A DNA stretch of 63,341 bases, the filler included, from Octopus bimaculoides (lineage: Eukaryota): the NCBI RefSeq assembly GCF_001194135.2. It is 4 parts of 4 records of this genome, joined end to end, with 100 filler letters (N's around TTAATTAATTAA, not from the genome) between each part and the next. Parts side by side here need not be neighbours in the genome. Positions count along the whole stretch, not along the records: positions 30,308 to 52,273 come from NC_069005.1; 3 more parts are not named here. One strand, 5' to 3'. A program made the position numbers and the translations under genes. The notes under the pieces were generated by a model, which searched no databases, was not told the DNA's origin, and saw nothing but the letters and a program-made list of their open reading frames with translations. Positions within the stretch are counted from its first letter, which is position 1. Each line of letters opens with the position of its first letter. Of this stretch, positions 35,426-48,777 are shown piece after piece.

Positions 35426-36353
35426 GCCTTGCAATCGCTACCTTATTGAACAAACTTAGTCGAAGTCAATTAAGGTGCGGACCACTTAAGAATGTGTGAC
35501 TGCTACAGAAGTAATACATCATGCATAGTAAGTAGACAACAAAGAGCCATCCACCGTGGAGAAACATATATCCTTTCTTAAGTATGGTGTAGTTAGGGCC
35601 ACATTATCACGTGTTAGTTACACTAGAATAGTAGCATTTGAATACAATATGGGGTGACCAGCAGCTATTTCTAGATTACCAGGCAGTTAGAATTCTTTAA
35701 TTGTATTCATATTGTTACACATTAAATAACCTTTCAAAGGAAAATAAATGATTATATTTACTAAACCTATGGTAGAGACTAATATTTTAGTTAAACAATA
35801 CTCTTATTAATTAATTGATCTCTTTCGTTTATTCGATGACCTCTGCAGTTATATGCATATATATATATATATATATATATATANNNNNNNNNNNNNNNNN
35901 NNNNNNNNNNNNNNNNNNNNNNNNNNNNNNNNNNNNNNNNNNNNNNNNNNNNNNNNNNNNNNNNNNNNNNNNNNNNNNNNNNNNNNNNNNNNNNNNNNNN
36001 NNNNNNNNNNNNNNNNNNNNNNNNNNNNNNNNNNNNNNNNNNNNNNNNNNNNNNNNNNNNNNNNNNNNNNNNNNNNNNNNNNNNNNNNNNNNNNNNNNNN
36101 NNNNNNNNNNNNNNNNNNNNNNNNNNNNNNNNNNNNNNNNNNNNNNNNNNNNNNNNNNNNNNNNNNNNNNNNNNNNNNNNNNNNNNNNNNNNNNNNNNNN
36201 NNNNNNNNNNNNNNNNNNNNNNNNNNNNNNNNNNNNNNNNNNNNNNNNNNNNNNNNNNNNNNNNNNNNNNNNNNNNNNNNNNNNNNNNNNNNNNNNNNNN
36301 NNNNNNNNNNNNNNNNNNNNNNNNNNNNNNNNNNNNNNNNNNNNNNNNNNNNN

Positions 36354-36389
<36 letters not shown>

Positions 36390-36993
36390 CACACAATGTC
36401 ATGAAATAAAAATTCTATCGCTTCGTATGGTTTATTTTATGATATATCTAGAGAATAACGGAATGATTTGTTCCAGTTCCAGAGAAGGAAATCTAATCAA
36501 CATTTAGCAACATAGCCTGTATCTCATGCATCATATCTTTATAGAAGACTAATACTTCGACTGATATTATGTGAACGTAACTGCAATGACGTAAGCAGTT
36601 ATTTGTTGCCCTTTGAAATCGTTCCACGTCATTTTAGCAGGAGTATTAGATATAATTGCTGTTTGAAATCTTTCGGAGCGATATGTTCAATTTCAAATAT
36701 GTTTTGAAGCCACACAGGTCGTAGCAGAGCTTTCAAAAGATATCCTATTTTGCCACTATATTCGCAGTAATTTTATTAAAGTAATTTCTGTTTTCGAAGT
36801 GTCATCAATTGATAATTGTATTACTCTAGCGCCAGTGAAAGATTCGCTGATACACCATATAGCAATAACAAAACCAAAAAAAAAACAAAAAAAAACATAA
36901 TAAATAAATAGATACTACAAGTTAAATTTTATTTATTAACTCAAACATGGGAGAAACAAAATCAAAATAAAACATAAATAAATACATAAATAT

Positions 36994-37024
<31 letters not shown>

Positions 37025-37748
37025 AGAAAAGAATGAAAGGAAGGAAGGAAGGAAGAAAGAGAGAAAGAAAGAAATGCTATACATTTATAACGTAATCAAT
37101 TTACATTTTCATTTGGAAATCTTTGGGTATGTCGTTTGAGATACTCTTCTGGGTATGTTACAAATGTTCGAGTTTGAACAATGTTGCTCGCTTCACCTTT
37201 GTCACCAACGTCGTCGTCATCATCATCATCGTCATCATCATCATCACCATCATCATCATCAACAGCAGCAGCAGAAGCAGCTGTCGTCAACTCATGGTCT
37301 GTGTGTTCGCGCGCGTTTGTGTATGTGCCTGTGTGTGATTTCCGAAATTTTCTGAAACTATTAATTATGTCACTGAGGGTTCCCCATAGTTTTCGAATAT
37401 CCCAGACGTGCTAAATGGTCATCGTCCACCGTTTCACAGCACAGTGTAGCATTAACTCTGATAGTGAGTGAGAGAGAACGAGAAAGTGAGACAGAGAAAT
37501 AGAGAAAGAGAGGAACATTAAGAGAAAAAGAAACGTCAACCTTCAGCCTCTTTGATTGTTAATATATTTATCAGTCCCTGAATGGCTGAAAGTAAACCTT
37601 ATCTAAGCAAGACACGAACCTTGCCTAAAAAAATAAACTGGAAAAACATTACAAGACACCACTCTATCGGATGCTCTACTGATTTTGCCACATTTCTATG
37701 TTTTTCTAAATATATTATAACTAACAGAAATCAATATTATTAGACTGT

Positions 37749-37945
37749 GGAAGGCGGTGGGCTGACAGACTCGTTAGCACACTGGGCGAAATGCATAGCG
37801 GCATTTCGTCCCCTTCATGTTCAAAGTTCAAATTCTGCCGAGGTCCTCTTTGCCTTTCATCATATCGAGGTCGATAAAATAAGTACCGGTTGATTTCTGG
37901 GGTCGATGTAATCGACTTATTCCCTACCTTGAAATTGCTAGTCTA
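37749..37945 (+). mobile_element. SINE family B
   Basis: ggaaggcggtgggctgacagactcgttagcac...gttcaaattctgccgaggtc...ggggtcgatgtaatcgact. Confidence 0.88.
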
Positions 37946-39184
37946 AACTCAAAATTATTGGATTTTGAAAAGTGAAAGACAATCATATAAGTTGACTGGC
38001 TCATACGTATATTTAAAAAAAAAAGAAAAGGATAATCGCATGAGGCCGATTTCCCGGATCCTGTAACATGCATTCATCCGCTGGACGGAACACAATATGA
38101 AATGAAGTGTTTTACTTAAGAACATAACGCGTCGCCCGGTCCAGTAATTGAACCAACGATCCCAACATCATGAGGGCCTACGTTACCATGTGGCAGGCTT
38201 GATAGTTGGTTAGCAATATTTCATTATATGAAACCATTGGTAGCCTGTTAAACCCACAAACAATGAGTATTTATACACCAATGTGGTGTTGACCCCTCAT
38301 TCTTACCGACCGATATTAGCAAATATGTGTGTTGTTGTTATTGTTGTTGTTGTTGTTGGCAAACATAAATCAAATCTACTTCAATTTGAAGAGAATCAAC
38401 GTAAAGCAGGAATGACCTAACAATCTCTTTTGTTTCTTATTTTGTTTTTCAGGTGAAGTCTTTCCATTATTTCTCAGATATCTTAGCAGGAAGTTTTAGA
38501 GCCTCAAACAAAATATATATTGCGTCACTTATTCTGAATCGCGCTGAATCAAATGTGGACAGTGAGTGTTGTAACTGTGACTGTAAATTCTGTAATGGAA
38601 TTTGAAGCTGCCGGAGAATTGTCAGTTTCAGTTGACAAATAACTTTTGAGCTAATAATTCAATAAAGCTAGACTATACCACCTCAAATTGTTCCTTCTGA
38701 TGTTCGAGAAACGTTTCCATTTGCTTAAAAGAAATAGCCATTTTATCTCGTCCTCGTCGCCACTCTTATAACTGTAACTGTCATTGTAATTTGAACCTTG
38801 ATTATTAAACTAACAAGATGCAACCCACCAGATTCCAGTCAAGAAGGAAAGAATCCGTAACTCGTTTTACTTGGATAAAAGTTATATTATTACAATTAGC
38901 AAAACATAAAATTGTTCGTTAGACAAAAACCCGAGCGAGAACGCACATATGGACTGACATCCAGAGATATGACAGGTGGAACGCCACGTTCATGTGCTAC
39001 AAGACTGTTGGTCGTTTTATCCCTACATGTGTGATAGAATACGGTATCTATCAAATGTTGCGATAGATTGTAACAAAAAAAAACCCGTCCCTAGAATTTT
39101 CTGGCCTTTTGCCTAAATCAGAAGCCTCTATTTCTGAGATATCCAGAGTATAGATCGTTATAACTTCCAAAAAATACATTACGA

Positions 39185-39345
39185 AGCGTGGGTGTGTAGT
39201 TAGAAGTTAATCTCCCCACATTGTTCCAGGTTCAGTCCCACTGTGTGGCACTTTGGGCAGGTGTCTCCTACTATAGTCACTGACTGATCAAAGTCTTGCA
39301 AGTGTATTTTGGTTGATGGAACGGGAAAAATGCCCGTCGTATGCA
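39185..39345 (+). mobile_element. SINE family A, head part
   Basis: gcgtgggtgtgtagttagaag...ggttcagtcccactgtgtggcactttgggcagg...tactatag. Confidence 0.75.
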
Positions 39346-39890
39346 TATTTTTAATCTCCTTTCTGACAACACTTCAAATGTAAGATTTCATCCCTGAAGA
39401 CAGAGCTTCGCATCATCCGACGACGGAATCAATTTACAATCGTTATTTTGGACAGCAACTGTTGGATTTGTAAAACTTTTCTTCGACTCCTTTAATTCTT
39501 GATATCTTTTCTATTCTTTTAAGTCAGACTTTTTGTATATAAACATGACGCTTTCGAAAACAGATTATAGCAGCGACTACATCTAAGAATATCTGAAGAA
39601 GGAATTGTATTCCGATATATCATCGGACTATGGATAACTAATTTACAACAGGTATATAGTCCATTTTTTGTATTATAGTGCATTGCGGTACCATTAAAAA
39701 TGTTTATTCTTTACAAACAATGCACAATACTTCAAGCGAACTACAATGCTCTCCTACTATTTTCGTATTTAATGCATTTAATATTCTTTGTATATCGACC
39801 TGTTTAACTTGGCTATCTTTACATTTACCCGCTCAAGTTTAAAGCTCTTGAGCACTACTAATTATATCCTACACAGAGAATATCTTAATC

Positions 39891-39921
<31 letters not shown>

Positions 39922-40797
39922 CTTATATATATNNNNNNNNNNNNNNNNNNNNNNNNNNNNNNNNNNNNNNNNNNNNNNNNNNNNNNNNNNNNNNNNNNNN
40001 NNNNNNNNNNNNNNNNNNNNNNNNNNNNNNNNNNNNNNNNNNNNNNNNNNNNNNNNNNNNNNNNNNNNNNNNNNNNNNNNNNNNNNNNNNNNNNNNNNNN
40101 NNNNNNNNNNNNNNNNNNNNNNNNNNNNNNNNNNNNNNNNNNNNNNNNNNNNNNNNNNNNNNNNNNNNNNNCTCCAGTGAACCCAGAACAATCTTTTAAG
40201 ATCTCGAAAATATTTCAACAACTTTTTTTATTAATTTTAATAGAGAAAATGCAAAGATAACGATTTCTTCTATGACTCTAATTTATCGAATGTTTTTTGC
40301 GTAATCTTTCTACGATTTATATCTAAAATAGCAGATATGCTGATAAAGTCAACTCTAAATAATGTATTCTTTCGTTCGACATATATCGGCTTTGCTGTCT
40401 GTGATTTTTAGAACGAAGCATTATTTATATTTCAAGCCTACTTGAACGTGAATAATTAGTGTTACCTCCCTTTGAAGTATGAATTATTCCCAGGAGTTTT
40501 GCATAATGTGTCTTCATAGAATGTATAATATATTGTGGGTGTTACAACTAACTCTAACTTGAATCTTATTGAATAAATTGCTGGCGTTAATTTTTTTTTT
40601 TCATTTTATTTAGCTTTTAATTTGTCTCTAGATATCCATCATTACACAGCAACAGAATTGTACACGTCGAATGACGGAGATATATTACAGGCACATACGT
40701 ACACATACGGACAGATACAAACACGTAAATACACATTACATAGACTTGCAAAGACACAAATAAAATTGAATACGTAGGGTTATATACATATATATAC

Positions 40798-40986
40798 ACA
40801 TAATTAAGGGATCAGCAACAGTTGCTTCACCACATACCGAAGTTCAGAAATAGCAGCTTAGTGCTGAAACTCCAACAGATAGTGTGAGTTACAAGTATTG
40901 CTATCTGCTGGAATTTCAGCACTTTAGCTGCTATTTCTGAACTTCGGTATGTGCTGAAGCAACTGTTGCTGATCCCTTAATTATGT
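40798..40986. mobile_element. Foldback MITE: ~85 bp near-perfect arms with an 18 nt spacer
   Basis: acataattaagggatcagcaacagttgcttca.cacataccgaagttcagaaatagcagct...cagatag pairs with ctatctg...agctgctatttctgaacttcggtatgtg.tgaagcaactgttgctgatcccttaattatgt. Confidence 0.92.
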
Positions 40987-41515
40987 TTATAAATTTATAA
41001 GAACTTTTAAATAAGTTCTTCACCGATAATGGTGTTTACATACCGAAGGGCTTGGTAACAATTATTAATTATTAATTTATTAATAAATTAATAATNNNNN
41101 NNNNNNNNNNNNNNNNNNNNNNNNNNNNNNNNNNNNNNNNNNNNNNNNNNNNNNNNNNNNNNNNNNNNNNNNNNNNNNNNNNNNNNNNNNNNNNNNNNNN
41201 NNNNNNNNNNNNNNNNNNNNNNNNNNNNNNNNNNNNNNNNNNNNNNNNNNNNNNNNNNNNNNNNNNNNNNNNNNNNNNNNNNNNNNNNNNNNNNNNNNNN
41301 NNNNNNNNNNNNNNNNNNNNNNNNNNNNNNNNNNNNNNNNNNNNNNNNNNNNNNNNNNNNNNNNNNNNNNNNNNNNNNNNNNNNNNNNNNNNNNNNNNNN
41401 NNNNNNNNNNNNNNNNNNNNNNNNNNNNNNNNNNNNNNNNNNNNNNNNNNNNNNNNNNNNNNNNNNNNNNNNNNNNNNNNNNNNNNNNNNNNNNNNNNNN
41501 NNNNNNNNNNNNNNN

Positions 41516-41548
<33 letters not shown>

Positions 41549-41619
41549 ATGTATGTATGTGCGTGTGTTTATTATAAACATAATGTATATAACACATCTT
41601 CTATATGTTACCTTTAATC

Positions 41620-41948
41620 TTTTACTTGTTTCAGCCAAAGGACTGAGACTATATTGAGGCGGAGCCGTTAAAAGTTTACTCGAATGATTCTTCCCAGGCA
41701 GTTCTGTTTTTTTCTCAGCCTGATATGTATTCTGTCGGTCTACTATTACCGAACCGCTAGCTTATGAGAACGTAAGCAAACCGGCACCGGTTTTCAAGCT
41801 GATGGGAGACAAACACAAATGCGTACATACATATGTATAAACGATGGGCTTCTTTCAGTTTCTGTCTATCAAGTCCACATACAAAGCTTGGATCAGTTTG
41901 GTTCTATAGTAGAATACATACATCCCAGATGCCACGCACTGGAACTGA
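41620..41948 (-). mobile_element. SINE family A
   Basis: acttgtttcagcc...ccgaaccgctag...aaacgatgggcttctttcagtttc...gccacgcactggaactgaac. Confidence 0.75.
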
Positions 41949-42779
41949 ACAAAAGTTTAGATAACCTTTAAAACAAAAAAAAATTATATTTAGTCCAAAT
42001 ATATTGAAAGTTAGGTGCATAAGCTTCTTAAAATATTATGCATGTTGAAGTCCTATTTAATTTTTGTGGAAAAAATGACTGATAGCAAATTATACTTCAA
42101 AGAAATTAATTTCACTTTCCTAAAATTTAAGTATGCCTGAAGAAAATAGATGGTATACATAAGCGAACATGGAGACACACACACACACGCAGACGTTGAA
42201 AATTTTCCTCATGTATACGTACTAGATATGCCTAGATATATGTATGCTTACATGCATATACGCATACATATATGCAGCAATCTATCCGCACATCGACACA
42301 CATACATACATACATACATACATACATACGTACATGGATCATCTAAATACATCGAGTGCGTAAACATTCATTCATCCATACTTACAAACGTGCATGAATA
42401 CAAAGATACATCAATCCATGCATACTTGTACACAATCAGTCATACATATACAAATAGTTACATATGCAGATACTATCAAAGAGCCAGGTACAGATATATA
42501 CCAAGTAGTAGAGTTTTAAGGAGTGCGGGGTTGGTTATATTGCAGTAAGCATTGCGACTGTAAGGTACATGCGTTCAAATCGCGCCCAGAATATGTATAG
42601 TTTTTATTCTTTCAGTGTCGATAAATATATATATTACAGTCGACATGAAATTGTAAAAATCATACTAATCTCCAAAACTCTGCATTGACAATATTCTATA
42701 TTTAACAAGGGGAAATGGTTTGATCTGAGACGGCATGTTACAACCAAAACGAGTGCAGTCTAGGAGATACATACTGCTT

Positions 42780-42985
42780 ACAAGTTTTGGCACAAGACCA
42801 GCAATTTTAGAGGAGGAATAGGTTGATTAGACCAACTCCAGTGCTCAATTTGTACGTATTTTATCGACCCCGAAGGAATGAATGACAAAGTCTACCTCGG
42901 CGGAATTTGAGCTGGGAACATAAAGACGGACGAAATGTCGATAAGCATTTTGGACGGCGCGCTAAGGATTCTGCTGGTTCGTTAC
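42780..42985 (-). mobile_element. SINE family B
   Basis: ggcacaagaccagcaatttt...tttatcgaccccgaagg...cctcggcggaatttgagc...taagcattttggacggcgcgctaaggattctgc. Confidence 0.85.
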
Positions 42986-43792
42986 CTTAGTCTGGATGAT
43001 ACATATAAGCCATTCAAAAACACATACAGACTCTTGACTTCCCCTAAACATTTCTTATTTGGCATCAATATCTTTCATCGCATAAAGTGTCACCTTGTAG
43101 TTGACGCGGTTCTCTTGTAAGCAATGTCAGGTCACGTGATAAAACATTTTCACACGTTTTAATGAAGATAACAGTCTTTGCTGTAACTGTTATATGTAAT
43201 TAATTTTCGTTAATTTAAATTTCAGTGGCTATCTAGATTTTCATTCTCCATTAGATATTCATCTAATTGCTTCAATTTACAAGGATGTTATCAGGATTAA
43301 TTAAAAAATATTTTGCTTAACTATATTACTTCGTTATCATCAAAATCAGCATTTGATTTGGTTTTTGATAATGCAGAATGTATCTATAGGTATTTTCTCC
43401 CTATTAAGGCATTACTTTGCAGTGGTTAACTATGGATTAGTTATCAACATCATCTTTCAAAATATTGAGTAGATCTAAAAACCTTTTTATTTCTATCGTT
43501 GACCTGACCCATTACATAATTCATGTGGTTAGTAAAAATGTTGCTTTTAGATATTAAAAAAGTTTCTCAATGTTTTTTTTTTTTAACAACATTGATTAGT
43601 TTGCATTCCACACAAAGAAAATTGCTGAAAAATACCATCTAGCACACTTTTGCTTCTAAACTCAGCCTGTGAAATTATATAGAACATTGATAAGGTTTAA
43701 TATGTTAAATTATCTCTCTATCTACCTATCGACCTGTCTCTCCCTCTCTCTCTCAATCTATCTATCTCTCTATATATATGTCTATCTGTCAG

Positions 43793-43834
<42 letters not shown>

Positions 43835-44247
43835 CAATCTATTCTATCTATCTATTTACATCCGACAAGGTATAACAAATAATAAACACAAGCACATACA
43901 TACAAATCTATGTAAAGTGTATGTATATGTTTGTGTCTGTCCGTATGTGTACGTATGTACCTGTAATATATCGCTATATCTCCTTTATGACAATAAATTT
44001 GATGTTTCCCGTTTCCTGTAGCTAATATAGGTTCATTACTGATAGATTTACTCAATCGTTCCATAGATCGGTTAAGAGATATTGAATGACGTAAAATGTT
44101 AATGCTGCTTTTGTCAGTCACTTTTTGTTATCTAACTTTCTTTCTTTCTTTCTTTGTATCTATATGTCTGTCTGTCTGTCTCTGTCTCTCTCGTTCTCAC
44201 TCTCTCTCGTTCTCACTCTCTCTCGTTCTCACTCTCTCTCTCTCCTC

Positions 44248-44299
<52 letters not shown>

Positions 44300-45349
44300 N
44301 NNNNNNNNNNNNNNNNNNNNNNNNNNNNNNNNNNNNNNNNNNNNNNNNNNNNNNNNNNNNNNNNNNNNNNNNNNNNNNNNNNNNNNNNNNNNNNNNNNNN
44401 NNNNNNNNNNNNNNNNNNNNNNNNNNNNNNNNNNNNNNNNNNNNNNNNNNNNNNNNNNNNNNNNNNNNNNNNNNNNNNNNNNNNNNNNNNNNNNNNNNNN
44501 NNNNNNNNNNNNNNNNNNNNNNNNNNNNNNNNNNNNNNNNNNNNNNNNNNNNNNNNNNNNNNNNNNNNNNNNNNNNNNNNNNNNNNNNNNNNNNNNNNNN
44601 NNNNNNNNNNNNNNNNNNNNNNNNNNNNNNNNNNNNNNNNNNNNNNNNNNNNNNNNNNNNNNNNNNNNNNNNNNNNNNNNNNNNNNNNNNNNNNNNNNNN
44701 NNNNNNNNNNNNNNNNNNNNNNNNNNNNNNNNNNNNNNNNNNNNNNNNNNNNNNNNNNNNNNNNNNNNNNNNNNNNNNNNNNNNNNNNNNNNNNNNNNNN
44801 NNNNNNNNNNNNNNNNNNNNNNNNNNNNNNNNNNNNNNNNNNNNNNNNNNNNNNNNNNNNNNNNNNNNNNNNNNNNNNNNNNNNNNNNNNNNNNNNNNNN
44901 NNNNNNNNNNNNNNNNNNNNNNNNNNNNNNNNNNNNNNNNNNNNNNNNNNNNNNNNNNNNNNNNNNNNNNNNNNNNNNNNNNNNNNNNNNNNNNNNNNNN
45001 NNNNNNNTGGTTCCTTTACTGCGAATATATGGGAAAGTTAATATCCTTTGGCTATTGAATATGTGTTCGGGCTATACACGAAAAAAAAAATGAATTACCG
45101 AGTCCAAATGACTGCAAGCTATAGTAATTTCAAAGATATTAAAGTTTTAATGATGATGTTATATACATATCGTATAGTTAGGATTTAACCCCTTGTGACA
45201 ACCTGCTGAAAGTTAAGCAAACAGGTAAGTATCTACAGTTCCGCACAGAGTCTTAAAAAAATGAGCCAAATCGTTTTTCTTGAAATACAACGTGTTGTAT
45301 ATAGGTACAACAATGACTGGTGAGTCTTTCCTGAACTCATTTGTTTATC

Positions 45350-45578
45350 ATAGTATGGTTGTGCGGTAGGAGGCTTCTTTCTCAACTACACTGTATTGGG
45401 TTCAGTCCCAATGCGTGGCACCTTCAGCAAGTGTCCTCTAATATAGCTTCGGCCCGACAAATGCCTTGCGGATAGATTTGGTTGACGGAAACTGGAAGGA
45501 GTCCGCTGTGTATGTGAGTGTATGTGTGTTTGTGTGTGTGTATGTGTTGTTTGTGAGTGTGCGCGTATTTGTGAGTGG

Positions 45579-45623
<45 letters not shown>

Positions 45624-45845
45624 TGTGTTTGTGCGTGCGTTTGTGTGTAGGTGTGTCTTTGTGCCTGTGTTTCTCCCCCACCAACGCTTGACGAACGGTA
45701 TTGGTGTGTTTACATACCCGTAACTTCGGTGAAGGAGAACAGGCTTTAAAGGTCCTGCGGTCGATTCGTTCGACTTAAATTCTTCAAGGCAGTGCCCCAG
45801 CATGGCCGCAGTGTAATGACTGAAACAAATAAAAGATAAAAGAAA
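45350..45845 (+). mobile_element. SINE family A, full length with an internal (GT)n
   Basis: Head ggttcagtcccaatgcgtggcaccttcagcaagtgtc and tail gtgccccagcatggccgcagtgtaatgactgaaacaaataaaag. Confidence 0.85.
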
Positions 45846-46659
45846 AAATAAAAGATAAGACATATATGTCCTGGCTATAACTTTAATCTGCATCCGATAA
45901 TGGGCATGTCGTACGGGAATTTTACAGTTTTGAGGGGTCTGAAACCACTTCTTATATACTTTTGTTTTCAGGTCTATTCGAACCCAATCTTCTATTTTTT
46001 CCAGGTCTATTTGAACTCCATTTAAGAGTTGATTAACGTTGTAAGCCTCTGGGAGTTAATGCCCCATAGTTCTCGTTTCAACTCTTTTCTAGAAGATAAA
46101 CACGTCTAAATTTCTTTTGTTTTAAATGAAGTGCAGTTGGTTTCTGGTCATCTCAATCTATGAGGTGTCACTGTTATTGTTATAGTTGCTGGCTCTGAAA
46201 AGCCGGTACAATGCTCAGCATTGTGCAATATTTTATCAAACTCATAGCAAATACACTCAAAACAAATTCTTGGACTCTGGGAACATTTGCAAAATATTAC
46301 TGAGATTAGGAAGAGGACTTACGTGATTAAAAGTTGAAATTTCACCACACATACACACACACATACAAATACGCGCACGCACACGCACACACACGCACGC
46401 ACACACACAGGCACACATACACACACACACCTATACACATACACGTATACGGTCGCATAACATATGCACAGGAGATTTGATGCTAACGATTTAAGTGTGT
46501 TATATCTCTAAGTTAAGATCAAAGCTTCACATATTTTAATGGGAGACACGTTTTGTGACGATGGAACCACTGTTTCCTTTTGAGCAGAGAACAAGTACAG
46601 ATAAAAGATAAAGCGTACATCTATTTGTCTGTTTGGTTGGCTGCCTGTATCTATCTCTA

Positions 46660-46708
<49 letters not shown>

Positions 46709-46815
46709 GTTTTTCTATCTATCTATTTGTATGTTTATCTTTCTATCTATCGATCGATCTATTTATCTGTCTGGCTGTCTCCCTGCCTGCGTACCTGCCT
46801 ATCTATCTATCTATA

Positions 46816-46856
<41 letters not shown>

Positions 46857-47469
46857 GTCTGTCTATCTGTCTATCTATCTATCTATCTGTCTGTCTGTCT
46901 ATCTGTCTGTCTGTCTGTTTAGCTAGCTAGGTAGCTAGCAATCTATCTATTTATTTTACTTATCTATCTACTTCCTTCTCGCACTCACTATACATGTATG
47001 TTGGTACAAACACTGTCTGTATGTGTGTGATGTATAAACTATGTATGTGTACCTATATGCACATGTGTGTATATAATTATATATGTAGAAACTATGATAG
47101 ATACATACTCAGAAAAATAATCCCAATACACATATGTACATATATTCACGTGGAAACTATGAAAATAAAATAATTAGCGTACAAGCAGCATTTAATACTT
47201 TGATATGAATTGTAGTCAGAGCATGATAAACAATAATATATAACTCCGATATAATGATACATTAATTATAGTTGTGATATTCAATGAACAAAATAACATA
47301 TAACGAAAATATAAACATCGTACATACGAATACAACAGGATGAATTGTAATTAAGACGTCGTACTTCTGGTGATATATCGTTCATAGTCAAGTGAGATAT
47401 CTTCATTTGGTGTCTGTGTGAGTTCACTACGAGATTCATGCCGCTGCTGCAGTTGCTGCAGTTGCTGCA

Positions 47470-47815
47470 AAAGTACGAAGATCGGTAGAAGATTATATAT
47501 GTTGTGACACATTCACCGAGGGCTAATTGGTGTGTTAAGCTACCATCCAAGGCTCCGTTATACGTCAGGCTGAGAAAAACAAACTGTCACGGTATCGGTC
47601 TCTCTGCAAAAGGTTTATGGCCGAGCCTGTGGTAGTGGGGACCTTTGGCGCTCTCGGTCTCCGAACCATGTTCCAGCTCACTGCTCTGGGGGCAGATCAA
47701 TAAGTGTGAGCTCGGTGAGTCAGTTTGGCTGTTCCAGAGCATTTTCGTCGCCATTCTCCGAGGCAACGCCTTTTCCATTCTATTTGCTGGGGACATGGGT
47801 TGGTCTGAATTGCAG
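47470..47815 (+). mobile_element. CRE-clade non-LTR retrotransposon C-terminal REL region, decayed
   Basis: RSVEDYICCDTFTEG..GSVIRQAEKNKLSRYRSL..FMAEPVVVGTFGALGLRT...SVWLFQSIFVAILRGNAFSIL resembles the CRE pattern WD.TC.DT.A..AE..K..KY...P.A.ET.G..G....LFQRISIAIQRGNA.SIL. Confidence 0.78.
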
Positions 47816-47950
47816 AAAATTCTACGTTCCACTCCTCAATGTAAGTTTTAAGATTATCTTAGAATGTTTAGTGTTGTTTTAATAGAAATTTGCTATTCTG
47901 ATCAGTCGAAGTCAAGAAGGTCATGTGATGATAGTTATTGTTGTGTTATT

Positions 47951-48036
47951 ATGGTGGGGCCAAATGGTGGGGCCAAATGGTGGGGCCAAATGGTGGGGCC
48001 AAATGGTGGAGCCAAATGGTGGGGCCAAATGGTGGG
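47951..48036 (+). repeat. 13 bp minisatellite (ATGGTGGGGCCAA) x6.5
   Basis: Directly visible, with one variant unit. Confidence 0.95.
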
Positions 48037-48099
48037 TGTGGTGGCGTCTGTATCGGTGGTTTGAATATGAAACCAGCCTTGTCTGTATTCTTTTTTTTA

Positions 48100-48312
48100 C
48101 TCTTTTATTTGTTTCAGTCATTTGACTGCGGCCATGCTGGAGCACCGCCTTGAAAGGATTTTATCAAACAAATCACACGCAGAGCTTACTTTTTTCAAGC
48201 CTTGGGCTTATTCTATTTGCCGCTTTTGTCGAACCGCTAAGTTACAGAGATATAAACACACTAACACCGGTTGTGATGTGAGGAGGGGGATAAACACATA
48301 CACAAAGACACA
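48100..48312 (-). mobile_element. SINE family A, 3' part
   Basis: ttgtttcagtcatttgactgcggccatgctggagcaccgcc...gaaccgctaagttac. Confidence 0.85.
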
Positions 48313-48334
48313 CACACAGATATATGAATATATA

Positions 48335-48745
48335 CAGAGTGCGTAAGGTATTTGAGAACATAAATTTTTAGGGTCATTGCTTTGTTTTTTGCTAACTCTG
48401 TATAATCCTTGATTCAGAAAATAATAATGGCAGGCCCTCGGCTTACTCAAGAAATGAAGAGGCATGCTGTTATTGTGGTTATAAAGCTGAGCATAGCGAT
48501 TTAGAAATATCTTGATTGTTTTAAAAAGTTGTCAGACCTTTCGTCTACAAATTTGTAAGGAGTTAGAGACTGAAGATGAAAACGTATCACCGGTATCAAA
48601 GCATAAAATCATTCTAAGCATTCTAGACGCCCTGAAATCATCAGAACATGTTAATTTATCCAGAAAGTTCAACAGACCATTGATTATAATCCCAGAAAGT
48701 CCATGAGGTCAATTACAAAAGATCTGCATCTGTCAGAAGGATTAT
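48335..48745 (+). mobile_element. maT (DD37D)-type element, 5' TIR and transposase N-terminus
   Basis: TA|CAGAGTGCGTAAGGTATTTGAGAACA, then MAGPRLTQEMKRHAV...EHSDLEIS...FIQKVQQTIDYNPRKSMRSITKDLHLSE. Homologous to 50960-51212 on the opposite strand. Confidence 0.8.
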
Positions 48746-48777
48746 TTGCTATATCCCTAAAGGATTATTTGTTATAT

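Noticed and set aside
37155-37355. Poly-His/poly-Gln ORF resembling a transcription factor
   Set aside because: It is a (CAT)n/(CAG)n microsatellite with no flanking domain or credible exon boundaries.
38440-38860. Strong-looking acceptor ttttgtttttcag|GTGAAG
   Set aside because: All frames close quickly and no donor partner was found. A non-coding exon cannot be excluded without RNA data.
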